64,000 bases of DNA from Macrostomum lignano (taxonomy: Eukaryota): assembly GCA_002269645.1 (NCBI GenBank), contig NIVC01000498.1:14066-78065 (forward strand), read 5' to 3'. The notes below the pieces were generated by a model. The model was not told the origin of the DNA, ran no database searches, and saw nothing but the letters and a program-made list of their open reading frames with translations. Positions 32,831 through 45,640 of this stretch are shown here, in pieces. Position numbers and translations under genes: made by a program. Numbering within the stretch: the first letter of the stretch is position 1; each line of letters starts with the position of its first letter.

Positions 32831-33623
32831 TTGACAGAAGACCAAGATTTTGTAATCCATAACTGGTGCACTTTTGCCCTACTTAAACAGAAAAGTTGAC
32901 ATCCGAGGTGTGATAAAAAAATTCGAACCGTCGAAGGAAGTTCAGAGAAAAAATGGCCTCCCGTCAACCTGGCCAAAGTAATGCTGGTCGATGACTCGGC
33001 ATCCTCCGTGTCGTGCACATTCTGGGCAAAAAGTTCAACTCGAGTGAATAACTGGGCCGTGGGCAACACCCTGGAAATTCAAGGGGCCTAGGTCCAAGAG
33101 TACGGCCAAGTCGTTGTGCTGAACTGTTCTGATGCTGAAATTCGCTACCACCTTGCCAACGATTCCGATCTGACAGAATGGTTTGAAAAGGCGGTGTCCA
33201 GCCAGCAACTCTTCGAGTCGGTCCGTGTGGCCCAAGCAACAGAGCATGCGAGACAATCTGCACATGATGAAATTTTGTTGCAGTTCTCCGACCGATTGTT
33301 TGAAGGCTACGAGAACATAAATAAAATTCGAGTTGATTAAAATTCGAGTTAATTGATTAAAACTCTTTAAATTAAATTTATTCCGAAGATAACCTTCACT
33401 CGTGACTGGCGCGCAGTGTTCACTCAGCCGGGCCTACCGATTTCAAAACAAGTTGCTGACCCGTCACAGTTATCTTCAGACAATTGAGGAGCTCAAGCAT
33501 GAATTCCTATTTGCGTACGTTATAAAATATAACAATATTGAAGTAAGGGATGGGGCCGATGGGCAGATGCTTCTGCATAAATTTCCAAATTCTGTTCAGA
33601 TGAGGTTAGGGTAAGGTTAAGAA

Positions 33624-34035
33624 CGAGGGGTGATCAAAAGGTTCTGCAAGTGACCTCACAACTCAGTGTTACAGCAGCCGAGGCGTCTAATCAGTGTCAC
33701 ATTCCCTCAAAGTACTTTCCACCATCTTTGCACCGTTGCATGCGTGTGCACCATGTCTGAAAGCAGTCATGGTACTCTGGAGTTGGTATACCCTGTAGAG
33801 CTGAACGTACCGCTTGGGCAGGGTATGCGAGAAAACGGCCTCCCAAAAATGACGGGTTTGATCCTCGGGAACAGCCAAAAGTCGCAGAGTGCTAGGTCTA
33901 GAGAGTAGGGTGGATGGGGCAGCAGCTGGACCCCCTGCTGCTCCAGGTACGCCATGGTTGAGGCCGGTCTGTGCGGTGCCGCATTGTCATGGTGCAGCAG
34001 GAGTCGAGGTTGCAGAACTTTTTGATCACCCCTCG
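33624..34035 (-). mobile_element. Internally deleted mariner element retaining the transposase C-terminus
   Basis: About 26-bp TIRs CGAGGGGTGATCAAAA(A/G)GTTCTGCAA with TA at the right flank; LLHHDNAAPH..HPPYSLDLALCDFWLFPRIK. Confidence 0.88.
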
Positions 34036-34486
34036 TACAAGAGTCGTTAGAGTTTGATACTAAGTAAGTCATTTTATTATTGTGAATCACTAGCAAGTAA
34101 TCTTTACTAGGCTTAGATACGCTCGTACATGTCATCTTGTGGAATTAACGTCTCAAAAATATACGAGCTATGCGAATTAAATAAACGCTGCAATTATTGA
34201 AATATTATACATTGAATTGAAACCTTTTTGAAAGTCCCAGCTCAAAATTTGAGTTGCGTCTATGGCAAAAACTATCTACTCGGTTGAAGCACCCGTCTCA
34301 CTGCATCTAGGCCAGTGACTGATACGGAAAAGCAATGGCTCAATAATATTATTATGGTATTTCTATTACACTCTATTACTCGTATATTACCGTTATGTTC
34401 TTAGGTATTTTAAAGGGTTCTTTTAAACTATTTTCTAAGTTTTGTTTCTACTTTGTTAAAACTGTTAAACTGAACAGTTAGCAACA

Positions 34487-35710
34487 ATGGCGTCTACAAT
34501 CACCAAAAAGATTAAGGCTAAAATCTCTGGCCTGAAACTGGGCTACATGAATACAGCGGTTACTGGCCTTGTAACCGAGTTAAAGGAGATCAGGTCCTAC
34601 ATGAAGAACGATGTTCGAGGCGAAGTTTTTTCATTCGTCTTGGTGGACGACTCGGCTGAGATAAGAGTCAGCGTTTTCGGCAAGGAACTGTGGTCTATTT
34701 GGGAAGTTTGCAATACTTCCGATGCTGTTCGCATATCCGGCGGAATGGTAAAGACTTCGGATCCGAGATACAACAGCACAAATAATCCTATGGAGGTGTC
34801 TCTTTCAGTTGACTCCAAGGGATCAATATATCGAAGCAATGAAGTTCCGACTGTTAGTGAACGGGCGTGTAACTATACGGGAATAAGCGACCTTCAAAAC
34901 GTACGCCTGCAAGAGTGAGTTGCATTGTATCTATCTACTTGTATGTATTGTATAGACAGAAAGTATACAATATTATTTTATGAACAATAGACATAATAGT
35001 ATAGAAAATGTGAATCGTGTAGCACTGTAGTGTATGTTCGGCTTTTATAAATTATTTTGACTAGATTTGCAATCCATTCTATGCCTTCATTCCTTGATGT
35101 TGGCTAGACTAGCAGTCCATTATATTCATTCGGCTATTGATGTAGGTAGGATTCAAATAAACTTCAAAAAACGTTTTGAGGTTTTAATAGACTTTTAAAA
35201 CTGTCCCCTCTTTATTGCCTTTTAATAGAAATGTCGATGTCCTTGGAGCAATCGACACACTGCAGCCGCCCGAGGAATTCATGACGAAGGCTGGGAAGCG
35301 GATAAACGTAGCCAAACTGATTCTTGTTGACCAGTCCTGTCGTTCTGTCTCCTGCACGTTTTGGGGGTCGTCCTCCGATCAAGCTGTCAATTGGAGTGTC
35401 GGCGACATTTTGTCGATACGAGGAGCAAAAGTACAGGAGTACGCCGGCGCTGTTGTACTTGGATGTACTTGCTCTGAAGTTCGGCGGAACTCGGACGACA
35501 CCGAGGTTACGACTTTGACTGACTGGTACACGAATGCTAAGCAGAGCGATACCGAGTTTCAACCTCTGGGTGCTCCGTGTCCATCAGGCGCGGTTGGCGG
35601 CTCTTCTGACCAAAGGGGAAACAACAGGCGAGTTGTTATGCAACTACCGGTTTCGCACGAATCCTTCCGGGATGTAGACGAAATTGTCTTGGACTTTGGA
35701 GAAGGAATAA
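34487..35710 (+). CDS. RPA70-like OB-fold gene, copy C (exons about 34487-34914 and 35227-35710), the best preserved copy
   Basis: VFSFVLVDDSAEIRVSVF..ISGGMVKTSDPRYNSTNNPMEV; gtgagt..tttaatag intron; VDVLGAI..KLILVDQS..SCTFWG..ILSIRGAKVQEY. Resembles the DBD-A/DBD-B pair of RPA70. Confidence 0.75.
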
Positions 35711-36269
35711 AGGTGCGCGTGTTCATTGTACATGTAACTTATTTAATGTTTAGTATCTTTCTGTAGTACAGATCTATGCACTCTAACTTACTACAGTATT
35801 GTATATTACTCGGTCAAGAATGTATAAAATTCTGTTTTAAGCAAACTTGTAAATTTTTATTCATTAATTATACCTTTCTACAGAAGCTATACAGACTGGT
35901 GCCGTCTGGTGAGAGCCAACTCGAGTCAACAGGAATCGACTGGAGTACGCAGGCTGATGAAAGAAGCAGAATGTCATGCGAAGATTTCTCTGGCAGTTCA
36001 AGAAATCAGTGAGTTATTGAAGCACATGTGTTGAAAAGCCATCACAAGTAAATTTTAGCATGGAAAAAGAATTGCTACCTTGGCCCTACATGCTAAATTT
36101 CCTGCTGCATTGGCATTGGCATGAGTATGAAGTACCTTTAGATTGGGTGCGTAAGTCGAAATTGGAGACTGAAATTTAGGATATGGGCAATTTAGGATAT
36201 ATAGGTAAAACTTAATTGTAGTTTTAATACCCCAAGAGTCTAGTCTAATAACATTCTAAGAATTTCTTT

Positions 36270-36570
36270 CATGGACATTCTGAGAATTTCAGGTAATAGG
36301 ATTTCTGAGAATTTCAGCTAATGGGATTTGTGAAAATGTCAGCTAATGGGATTTCTGAGAATGTCAGCTAATGGGATTTCTGAGAATGTCAGCTAATGGG
36401 AGTTCTGAGAATTTCAGCTAATGGGATTTCTGAGAATGTCAGCTAATGGGATTTCTGAGAATTTTAGCTAATTGGATTTCTGAGAATGTCAGCTAATGGG
36501 ATTTCTGAGAATGTCATCTAATGGGATTTCCGAGAATTTCAGCTAATGGGAGTTCTGAGAATTTCAGCTA
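36270..36570. repeat. 25-bp tandem repeat AGCTAATGGGATTTCTGAGAATGTC, about 11 copies
   Basis: Period of 25 read directly. Confidence 0.92.
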
Positions 36571-38443
36571 TCTTCATTAGAAAATTAAGGATGAGGTGTT
36601 ACATTATCGGAGGGTGTATTTTTGCCATTGCCAATGTTGATAGCAGGCTGGCTGCAGACGTGCTGGGCCTGACAGAGAGTTGGTTGAAATGGACATTTCG
36701 CTGCTTTGTATGTCCCTTGTAGATTTCTTCCACTCTAATACGTGGGCCAATCCAGAAGTTCATGGTAATTACGGGTGCATTTGTGCAGATTAAGGAACAG
36801 ATTGTGTTATGTATGTCCGTTGGTTAGAGTGTGAATTCTATTAATTTGTGAAATTATTGGACTCGTTTTCCAGGCAATATGGAAATTCAATCAATTAATG
36901 TTCTGATTGAGGGGTTGAACAGGAGATAGACGTAATAGTTCGAAGGTAAAAGCTCAATAAGATTCCTGTCCGAAGCGATAGGAAAATTCTGATTAATATT
37001 CTGATTGAGGGGTTGAGCCAGAGAGCCTGGTAGTGCGGTGATCGAAGCTCAAACTAGCAGCTTTTGGTGGTGGGAGAAAATGTCTGATTGCATGACTTTT
37101 TGGAATGGCCCTCGTACATTCAAATGCAGCCAGAGGGGGTTTGAAGCAGCCTTTGCAAACCCCAGATAGTCTGTTGTGATGGCTTTTAACTCTGCCGAAG
37201 CCAGTCCCAAGCCTGGTTGCAAAAAGAGGAGGATTGCAAACTGTTCTTACATGCTCATTAGTATAATGCCTGAAATTTACATGCCCCAAGTGAATGCCTC
37301 TGTCCAGCTGTGCAGACTAAAGCAAGCCAACAAGTGGTAAGATTGACACCAATGAAAAATTCGTAACAGAATTTGTGCAATGGTACCATCTTGTTGGCGA
37401 AGCCTTCTGCAAAAACATCCTAATTCTTATCCTTTTATGACTTTGCAATTGTGAATATACAGAGTAAATAATTTATGACTTTGAAATTGTAAATATACAG
37501 AATAAATAAAACGACTACTTGCAGTTGATTGGGTTTATGAATTTGCTTTTGTAATTACAGTGCAGAGTTGTTCTTGTTCTTTGTCCGAGTACGCAGAGAA
37601 GAGGATTATTTGTTACTAATTAATGGGAGACTGCGCCCTAACTTGTGACTGTAGCTTAAGCATTTTAAAAAAGCTGCTTCTGTATTAAAAATTTAGAAAA
37701 TTTTACTGAATATTTATTATCAGGCATTCTAATTTTTCGTTAGTTAGTTATACATTTAGTATTTTTAGTATATGGACTAGCAATCTAGCGCCCCCCTTCG
37801 GGGTGGCCAATAAGCAAGGGACGAATCCTTTAAAATGAAAAGAATTCTTAGGGAGGGAGGCTAGTAATCGAATTCTCATTTTAATTCTGGGGCTTGTGTG
37901 CTAATAAAACATGCTTGTGTAGAATTTTAAAACTGACAATTCATTCATACTTGCCTTCTTTCAAAGCAATAGCGTACTACTTCTGTAGCAGTGCAAGCAG
38001 TACGCTCGGCAATGGCTGGAAAAGCAGCTACAGCAAAAAATATTGTTACCCAAAAGCAACACAGTTGCCTATCATGCAGAGGCATCACTGGCATTAAACA
38101 ACAATTCCTTCTTCACTTTTAAAAATCACATTATTCATGTAAAATTGTCACGGACAATGATATTTGCTATGAATCTTTTTTTTCTAAAATTAACAAACCG
38201 ACAACAAAATATAGCTTTCACAAAGATAACAGAAATTCCACCTAAATAGAAAATATTCCCAAGACAGCAAGTATCCCTCCAGATAGCAAGCACCCCCCTC
38301 CAAAATTAAGCAACAGCAGATAGCAAGCATCCCTTAATACACGTAGCAAGCTTCACCCAAGATAGCAAGCAACCTGCAGATTGCAAGAATCCATGAACAG
38401 CAAGCATCCCTGGATAGAAACAATCCCATACAAGTAGCCAAAC

Positions 38444-41400
38444 TTATCAAGTGCAGTAATCCTTGGTTTATCAAGTGCAGTAATCCTTGGTTTGCCAAGT
38501 GCAATAATCCTTGGCTTATCAAGAGCAATAATCCTTTGCTTATCAAGTGCAGTTATCCTTGGTTTATCAAGTGCAGTAATCCTTGGTTTATCGAGTGCAG
38601 TAATCCTAGGTTTGCCAAGTGCAATAATCCTTGGCTTATTAAGAGCAATAATCCTTGGCTTATCAAGATCGATATGTCTTGGTTTATCAAGTGCAGTAAT
38701 CCTTGGCTTATCAAGCGCAGTAATCCTTGGTTTATTACGAGCAATAATCCTTGGTTTATCAAGTGCAGTAATCCTTGGTTTGCCAAGTACAAAAATCCTT
38801 AGCTTATTAAGAGCAATAATCCTTGGCTTATTAGGAGCAGTAATCCTTGGTTTGCCAAGTGCAATAACCTTTAGCTTACTAAGAGCAATAATCCTTGGTT
38901 TATCAAGTGCAGTAATCCTTGTTTTATCAAGCGCAGTAATCCTTGATTTATTAAGAGCAATAATGATTGGTTTATCAAGTGCAGTAATCCTTGGTTTATC
39001 AAGCGCAGTAATCCTTGATTTGCCAAGCGCAGTAATCCTTGGTTAACAAGTGCAGTAATCCTTGGTTTGCCAAGTGCAATAATCCTTAGCTTATTTAGAC
39101 CGATAATTCTTGGTTTATCAAGTGCAGTAATTCTTGGCCTATCAAAAGAAATAATCCTTGGTTTATTAAGAGCAATATTCCTTGGTTTATCAAGTGCAGT
39201 AATCCTTGGTTAATCAAGTGCAGTATTCCTTGGCTTATCAAGCCCAATAATCATTAGCTTATTAAGAGCAATAATCCTTGGCTTATTAAGAGCAGTAATC
39301 CTTGGCTTATCAAGCGCAATAATCCTTGGTTTATCAAGCACAGTAATCCTTGTTTTATTGAGAGCAATTATCCTTAGCTTATTAAGAGCAATAATTCTTG
39401 GTTTATCAAGTGCAGTAATCCTTGGTTTATTAAGAGCAATAATCCTTGCTTTATTAAGTGCAGTAATCCTTGGTTTATCAAGCGCAGTAATCCTTGATTT
39501 GCCAAGCGCAGTAGTCCTTGGTTTATCAAGTGCAGTCATCCTTGGTTTGCCAAGTGCAATAATCCTTAGCTTATTTAGACCGATAATTCTTGGTTTATCA
39601 AGTGCAGTAATCCTTGGCTTATTAAACGAAGTAATCTTTGGTTTATTAAGAACAATAATCCTTGGTTTATCAAGTGCAGTAATCCTTGGTTAATCAAGTG
39701 CAGTATTCCTTGGCTTATCAAGCGCAATAATCCTTAGCTTATTAAGAGCAATAATCCTTGGCTTATTAAGAGCAGTAATCTTTGGCTTATCAAGCGCAGT
39801 AATCCTTGGTTTATTAAGAGCAATAATCCTTGGTTTATCAAGTGCAGAATCCTTGGTTTACCAAGTGCAATAATCCTTGGCTTATTAAAAGCTATAATCC
39901 TAGGCTTATTAAGAGCAATAATCCTTGGTTTATCAAGTGCAATAATCCTTGGTTTATCAAGCACAATAATCCTTGTTTTATTGAGAGCAATTATCCTTAG
40001 CTTATTTAGAGCAATAATTCTTGGTTTACCAAGTGCAGTAATCCTTGACTTATCAAGCGCAGTAATCCTTGGTTTGCCAAGTGCAATAATCCTTGGCTTA
40101 TTAGAGCGATAATTCTTGGTTTATCAAGTGCAGTAATCCTTGGCTTATTAAACGAAGTAATCTTTGGTTTATTAAGAACAATAATCCTTGGTTTATCAAG
40201 TGCAATAATTCTTGGTTTACCAAGTGCAGTAATCCTTGGCTTATCAAGCGCAGTAATCCTTGGTTTGCCAAGTGCAATAATCCTTGGCTTATTAGAGCGA
40301 TAATTCTTGGTTTATCAAGTGCAGTAATCCTTGGCTTATCAAGCGCAGTAATCCTTTGTTTGCCATTTGCAATAATCCTTAGCTTATTTAGAGCGATAAT
40401 TCTTGGTTTATCAATTGCAGTAATCCTTGGCTTATCAAGCGCAGTAATCCTTGGTTTATTAAGAGCAATAATCCCTGGTTTATCAAGTGCAGTAATTCTT
40501 GGTTTATCAAGTGCAGTAATCCTTGGTTTGCCAAGTGCAATAATCCTTGGCTTATTAAAAGCGATAATCCTTGGCTTATTAAGAGCAAGAATCCTTGGTT
40601 TATCAAGTGCAATAATTCTTGGTTTATCAAGCGCAGTAATCCTTGGCCTATAAAGCGAAAAAATCCTTAGCTTATTATGAGAAATATTCCTTGGTTTATC
40701 AAGTGCAGTAATTTTTGGTTTATCAAGTGCAGTAATTTTTGCTTTATCAAGTGCAGTAATCCTTGGTTTATCAAGTGCAGTAATCCTTGGTTTGCAAAGT
40801 ACAAAAATCCTTAGCTTATTAAGAGCAATAATCTTTGGCTTATCAGGAGCAGTAATCCTTGGTTTGCCAAGTGCAATAACCCTTAGCTTATTAAGAGCAA
40901 TAATCCTTGGTTTATTAAGTGCAGTAATCCTTGGTTTATCAAGCGCAGTAATCCTTGGTTTATTAGGAGCAATAATTCTTGGTTTATTAAGTGCAGTAAT
41001 CCTTGGTTTATCAAGTGCAGTGATCCTTGATTTGCCAAGCGCAGTAATCCTTGGTTTATCAAGTGCAGTAATCCTTGGTTTGCCAAGTGCAATAATCCTT
41101 AGCTTATTAAGAGCGATAATTCTTGGTTTATCAAGTGCAGTAATCCTTGGCCTATCAAACGAAGTAATCCTTGGTTTATTAAGAGCAATAATCCTTGCTT
41201 TATCAAGTGCAGTAATCCTTGGTTAATCAAGTGCAGTGTTCCTTGGCTTATCAAGCGCAGTAATCCTTGGTTTATTAAGAGCAATAATCCTTGGTTTTTC
41301 AAGTGCAGTAATCCTTGGTTTGCCAAGTGCAATAATCCTTGGCTTATCAAAAGTGATAATCCTTGGCTTATTAAGAGCAATAATCCTTGGTTTATTAAGT

Positions 41401-42195
41401 GCAGTAATCCTTGGCTTATCAAGCGCAGTAATCCTTGGTTTATTAAGAGCAATAATCCCTGGTTTATCAAGTGCAGTAATCCTTGGTTTATCAAGTGCAG
41501 TAATCCTTGGTTTGCCAAGTGCAATAATCCTTGGCTTATTAAAAGCGATAACCCTTAGCTTATTAAGAGCAATAATCCTTGGTTTATTAAGTGCAGTAAT
41601 CCTTGGTTTATCAAGCGCAGTAATCCTTGGTTTATTAAGAGCAATAATTCTTGGTTTATCAAGTGCAGTAATCCTTGGTTTATCAAGTGCAGTAATCCTT
41701 GATTTGCCAAGCGCAGTAATCCTTGGTTTATCAAGTGCAGTAATCCTTGGTTTGCCAAGTGCAATAATCCTTAGCTTATTAAGAGCGATAATTCTTGGTT
41801 TATCAAGTGCAGTAATCCTTGGTTTGCCAAGTGCAATAATCCTTAGCTTATTAAGAGCGATAATTCTTGGTTTATCAAGTGCAGTAATCCTTGGCCTATC
41901 AAACGAAGTAATCCTTGGTTTATTAAGAGCAATAATCCTTGCTTTATCAAGTGCAGTAATCCTTGGTTAATCAAGTGCAGTGTTCCTTGGCTTATCAAGC
42001 GCAGTAATCCTTGGTTTATTAAGAGCAATAATCCTTGGTTTTTCAAGTGCAGTAATCCTTGGTTTGCCAAGTGCAATAATCCTTGGCTTATCAAAAGTGA
42101 TAATCCTTGGCTTATTAAGAGCAATAATCCTTGGTTTATCAAGTGCAATAATCCGTGGTTTATCAGGTGCAGTAGGTTTATCAAGTGCAGTAATC
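38444..42195. repeat. 24-bp satellite (TATCAAGTGCAGTAATCCTTGGTT and variants), about 155 units
   Basis: Read directly; translates as 8-aa SSAVILGL repeats. Confidence 0.97.
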
Positions 42196-42270
42196 TAAAG
42201 GTTTTTAATTAGTCTTTTAATAAAAGCTTTCAATAAAAAAATTACTACATTACTACTTTTACACTACTTA

Positions 42271-42329
42271 GATTCGAACCCTGGTCGCTACATTAGCAGT
42301 CCAGTCTATTCAGCTCTAGGCTAGCTCTC
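42271..42329 (-). other. tRNA-Ser(GCT)-derived segment inside the Helitron head
   Basis: GAGAGCTAGCCTAG..TGGACTGCTAAT..GGTTCGAATC: Ser-GCT anticodon loop plus B box. Homologues at about 55435-55496 and 63061-63120. Confidence 0.55.
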
Positions 42330-43957
42330 ATTGAAGTTATAAATGAATTTGTAGCACTTATATAATTCAATACTCACACCAAGTCAATTGAGTAAAAGTT
42401 ACACAAAGCAGTTATGACATAATCAATTTCTTAGGCAAGTCAGTACCAGTCTCTATTAAAGTTAGCATTGTGGTTACGCAATATGAATCAAGTATTGTGC
42501 TATGCTTCCACATTCAATCTTGTGACGCAATTCAATTGAGTGTCAAAATTCAGCCAGTACACAGACAATAAATAAAAAGCCTATTGTGATGCAATCTATT
42601 TCAGAATCAGAATTCAACCCGTCAGTTTTTTCTCTAGCAATCTTACAACGCATTTCAAGTCGAAAGAGCTGCTTGACCTTTGCAAAAAAGCATGTTTTTC
42701 GAATATTTAATCCCTTTAATATTGAGAAATTTCTTAGCCAAGATGCATGTACCGTCCCAGGAAAATTTCTGATCGAACAGTGCAAGTTCGAAGGAAATCG
42801 GTCAAGCCATTCAGGAGAAAATCGATTTCGTACAAGCAAGCAAGCAAGATTTTCATTTTTAGTATATGGATTATGGACATTCAAACATACAAACCTTAGA
42901 GATTTAGTATATTTAGATTGTTGGATTACTTTAAATGCAGGTTTGGGCGTGTGATCAATCTGGTGGCTGTAGGTTGCAGTGTTTTACTTCAAGTACATTT
43001 AGCACGAGCGTAATATGTTTGTTCTATTAGTTTTCGCCAATGACTGCGCCCCTCTCCACCGGCTGGGGCGCAAATGAAAAAGTTATTCCGACAGTGTACA
43101 TTGCTAAATACACGGGCGTGTCTCCCCGGCCTGGGGGAATGGGTAGGCGTAGCTATATGACAGTACAGTCTTGTCAGGTGGCTAGAAAAGTTTGGTTGAG
43201 AAATTTTTACCAAGCCTCTTCACTCAGGCACCAACGAACTCGAATTTAATCCAAGCACAGTACATGCTACATGTATGCACACTGGAATATGCCGCCTACC
43301 CCAATGATCTGGGGTAATGAGTGAGTGAGAGTGGCCCATTGCCAGAAAAACCTATAATAGCGTCCATATCCATAGAGACCATAGCGAACAAATTTGTAAA
43401 CAGACAGAAAGCTGGGTTCGTTTTTACATTTTAAATATATACATTAATCACACACTCGTGTTTCCGCAGATAAGCCTTAACCTCTTAATCAAGTGGAGTT
43501 AAAGATATCGATGATGAATTTAGTCTACGAGTCGCACAGTTATATTGCATCAGTTAACCAGAGTGAGTCCATGTATTTCAAAGTTGCATGATATGCAAAA
43601 TGGGTCAAGCAAAGTCGTAAAATAACTTAAATGAAAAACTGCTAGAAAACTACAAGTTCCTAGAGTTAAGTTAATGAAATTAAAATTGCATTTTAATTAC
43701 CCTGTGAGTGAATAAAGATGAAAAGGGTTGGGGCACTTGCAAACTGCAAGAAAGAACTGTAGCTAAAAGGAAATTAGGCTGTGCGAAAATATTTGCAATT
43801 TGAGTTGCAAAAAAGTACAAAAGTACAAAATCTAAATTACGGAAACAATAACTTTAAGCAAGTAGAACCAATTAATGTAAGTCATTTGTACCAGGCAATA
43901 TCCACTATCAAATAACCACACTGGTTTCAATGACAATAACATTCTAATTCCAATTCC

Positions 43958-44298
43958 AGTGCAACGCCAGTGACGCCTCTGTATGATAGGCAACTGTGTT
44001 GCCTTTGGGTAACAATATTTTTTGCTGTAGCTGCTTTTCCAGTCGTTGCAGAGCGTACTGCTTGCACCGCGACACCTGGAGCCCCGCTACAGAAGTAGTA
44101 CGTTTGCTCTGAAAGAAGGCAAGTTTGGTTGAATTTGTCAGTTTGAAAATTCTACACAAGCACGTTTTATTGGTACATAAGCCCCAGAATTAAAATGAGA
44201 ATTTGATTCCTAGCCCCCCCCCCCTAAGAATTATTTTCATTTTAAAGGATTCGTCCCTTGCTTATTGGCCACCCCGAAGGGGGGCGCTAGATTGCTAG
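43958..44298 (+). mobile_element. 3' terminal fragment of the same non-autonomous Helitron family
   Basis: Reverse complement of 37777 to about 38095; hairpin 44268-44285, CTAG 44295-44298, then T. Confidence 0.8.
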
Positions 44299-44299
44299 T

Positions 44300-45350
44300 T
44301 CAACACTGCCAATGCTGAGTGTTTGCCCCTGTCCGGGTCCAAGAAGTCGAGATAATGCATCGGATTTCACCAGGCCAGACCTATGATACTGTATAGTGAA
44401 GTCATACGCCATCAGGAGAATGGCCCAGCGCTGCAGCCGTGCTGATACTCGTGCTGGTAACTCTTGGTCTGGTCCAAATACATAAGTGAGCGGACGATGG
44501 TCGGTTATCAAAGTGAAATGCCTCCCTGCCAGGAACCTGTGACACCTTTGTACTGCCCATACATTTGCAAGTGCCTCTCGCTCAATCTGGGAATATTTGC
44601 GTTCCGCTTCCGAGAGTAGCTTGCTCACGTACAAGACTGGACAATTTTTCTGCATGAGAACTCCACCGATACCTTTCTGTGATGCGTCACATTCTAGCAT
44701 AGTATGCTTTGCTGGGTCAAAATTGGCTAGGGCCGACTCTTCCGTTAGCATGGTCTTCAATTTTTCTAGCGCTGCTTCCTGCTCCGAAGTCCAGACGAAG
44801 TCACCTTTCCGATTTAGCACACGAGTCAACGGCTCTAGCAATTCCAATAGATTACGAATGAACCTGCCACTAAACTTGATGAGACCAATAAGCGACTGCA
44901 GCTCAGCCATGTTGGTTGGAGCGGACATCTTCCCTGAAGCCTCACACCTTCTCCGGATCCGGGCGGATAAGGCCGTCCTCCAGTACGCAGCCTAGGAATC
45001 GCACCTTTCGCTGAGAGATTTGGCACTTCCTGTCGTTTATTTTGAGATTGTGCTGCTGAAGCCTCGCTCTGACCAGCGCTTCCCTTTGTTTCAACTGCTC
45101 CTTAGTCTGGCCGCCAATCAGCATGTCATCAATATAGGCTACGGCTCCTTCAATTTCCTGCACGACCTGTGTGATATATCTTTGAAATATTCTGGCCGCT
45201 GTAGTGATGTTTATGTGATTTACGCTGTAGATGTTTTCATCCGGCTTTGGCACAACTACTATTGGAGATGCCCAATCCGAAAACTGCACGGGTGTAATCA
45301 TTCCCTTAGACAACAACTTGTCTATTTCTGCTTTCAACAGGTCCTTATAG
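44300..45350 (-). pseudogene. Ty3/Gypsy pol fragment (RT with internal deletion, RNase H)
   Basis: SDWASPIVVVPK, AYIDDML, FLG, DASQKGIGGVL, YSQIEREALA, TDHRPL, RLQRWA, DALSRL. Possible tRNA-Leu PBS (TGACAGCGGTG, minus strand 45503-45513) lies only about 150 bp upstream. Confidence 0.9.
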
Positions 45351-45640
45351 GCGAATAGTTATAAAAGGAAACAATCTGCTTGTAATTAGACTCAATTTCT
45401 CTGCGAGCTATGTTTGTCTGTTAGTTGTCTAAGTGTAAACTTTGTCGAGAGGCGGAATAGCAAAATCGAAAGCAGTAAATGCCACCAAAGAAGAGGCGAA
45501 CTCACCGCTGTCATTGGGACCTAATATTAAGTCTTATTAATTAATATACTGTAACATCCAAACTTTTGATTATGCAAGATAAACTCAGTATTATTATTAA
45601 GCAAACGTTTATCTTCTATCTTCTTCTATCTTCTTTCTAT

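Larger units (their letters stand above)
31260..33340 (+). pseudogene. RPA70-like OB-fold gene, copy B (2 exons; intron holds MITEs)
   Basis: Exon 1: VFSFVLADGQNEIRVSVFG..VRVSGGRVKPANQTYN..LEI. Exon 2, after ttaaacag: KVDIRGVI..VNLAKVMLVDDS..SCTFW..VQEY. Contains a stop and a frameshift. Confidence 0.75.
37777..42917 (-). mobile_element. Non-autonomous Helitron carrying a 3.75-kb satellite array
   Basis: 5' end A|TCTAAATATAC at 42917 (inner A|TCCATATAC at 42870); 3' hairpin GCCACCCC-GAA-GGGGGGC followed by CTAG|T at 37777. Confidence 0.75.

Noticed and set aside
38334-42198. Many ORFs with SSAVILGL, LINQGLL or DKPRIIAL repeats (also 63131-63984)
   Set aside because: Translation artefacts of a 24-bp satellite; stops are scattered and there is no gene structure.
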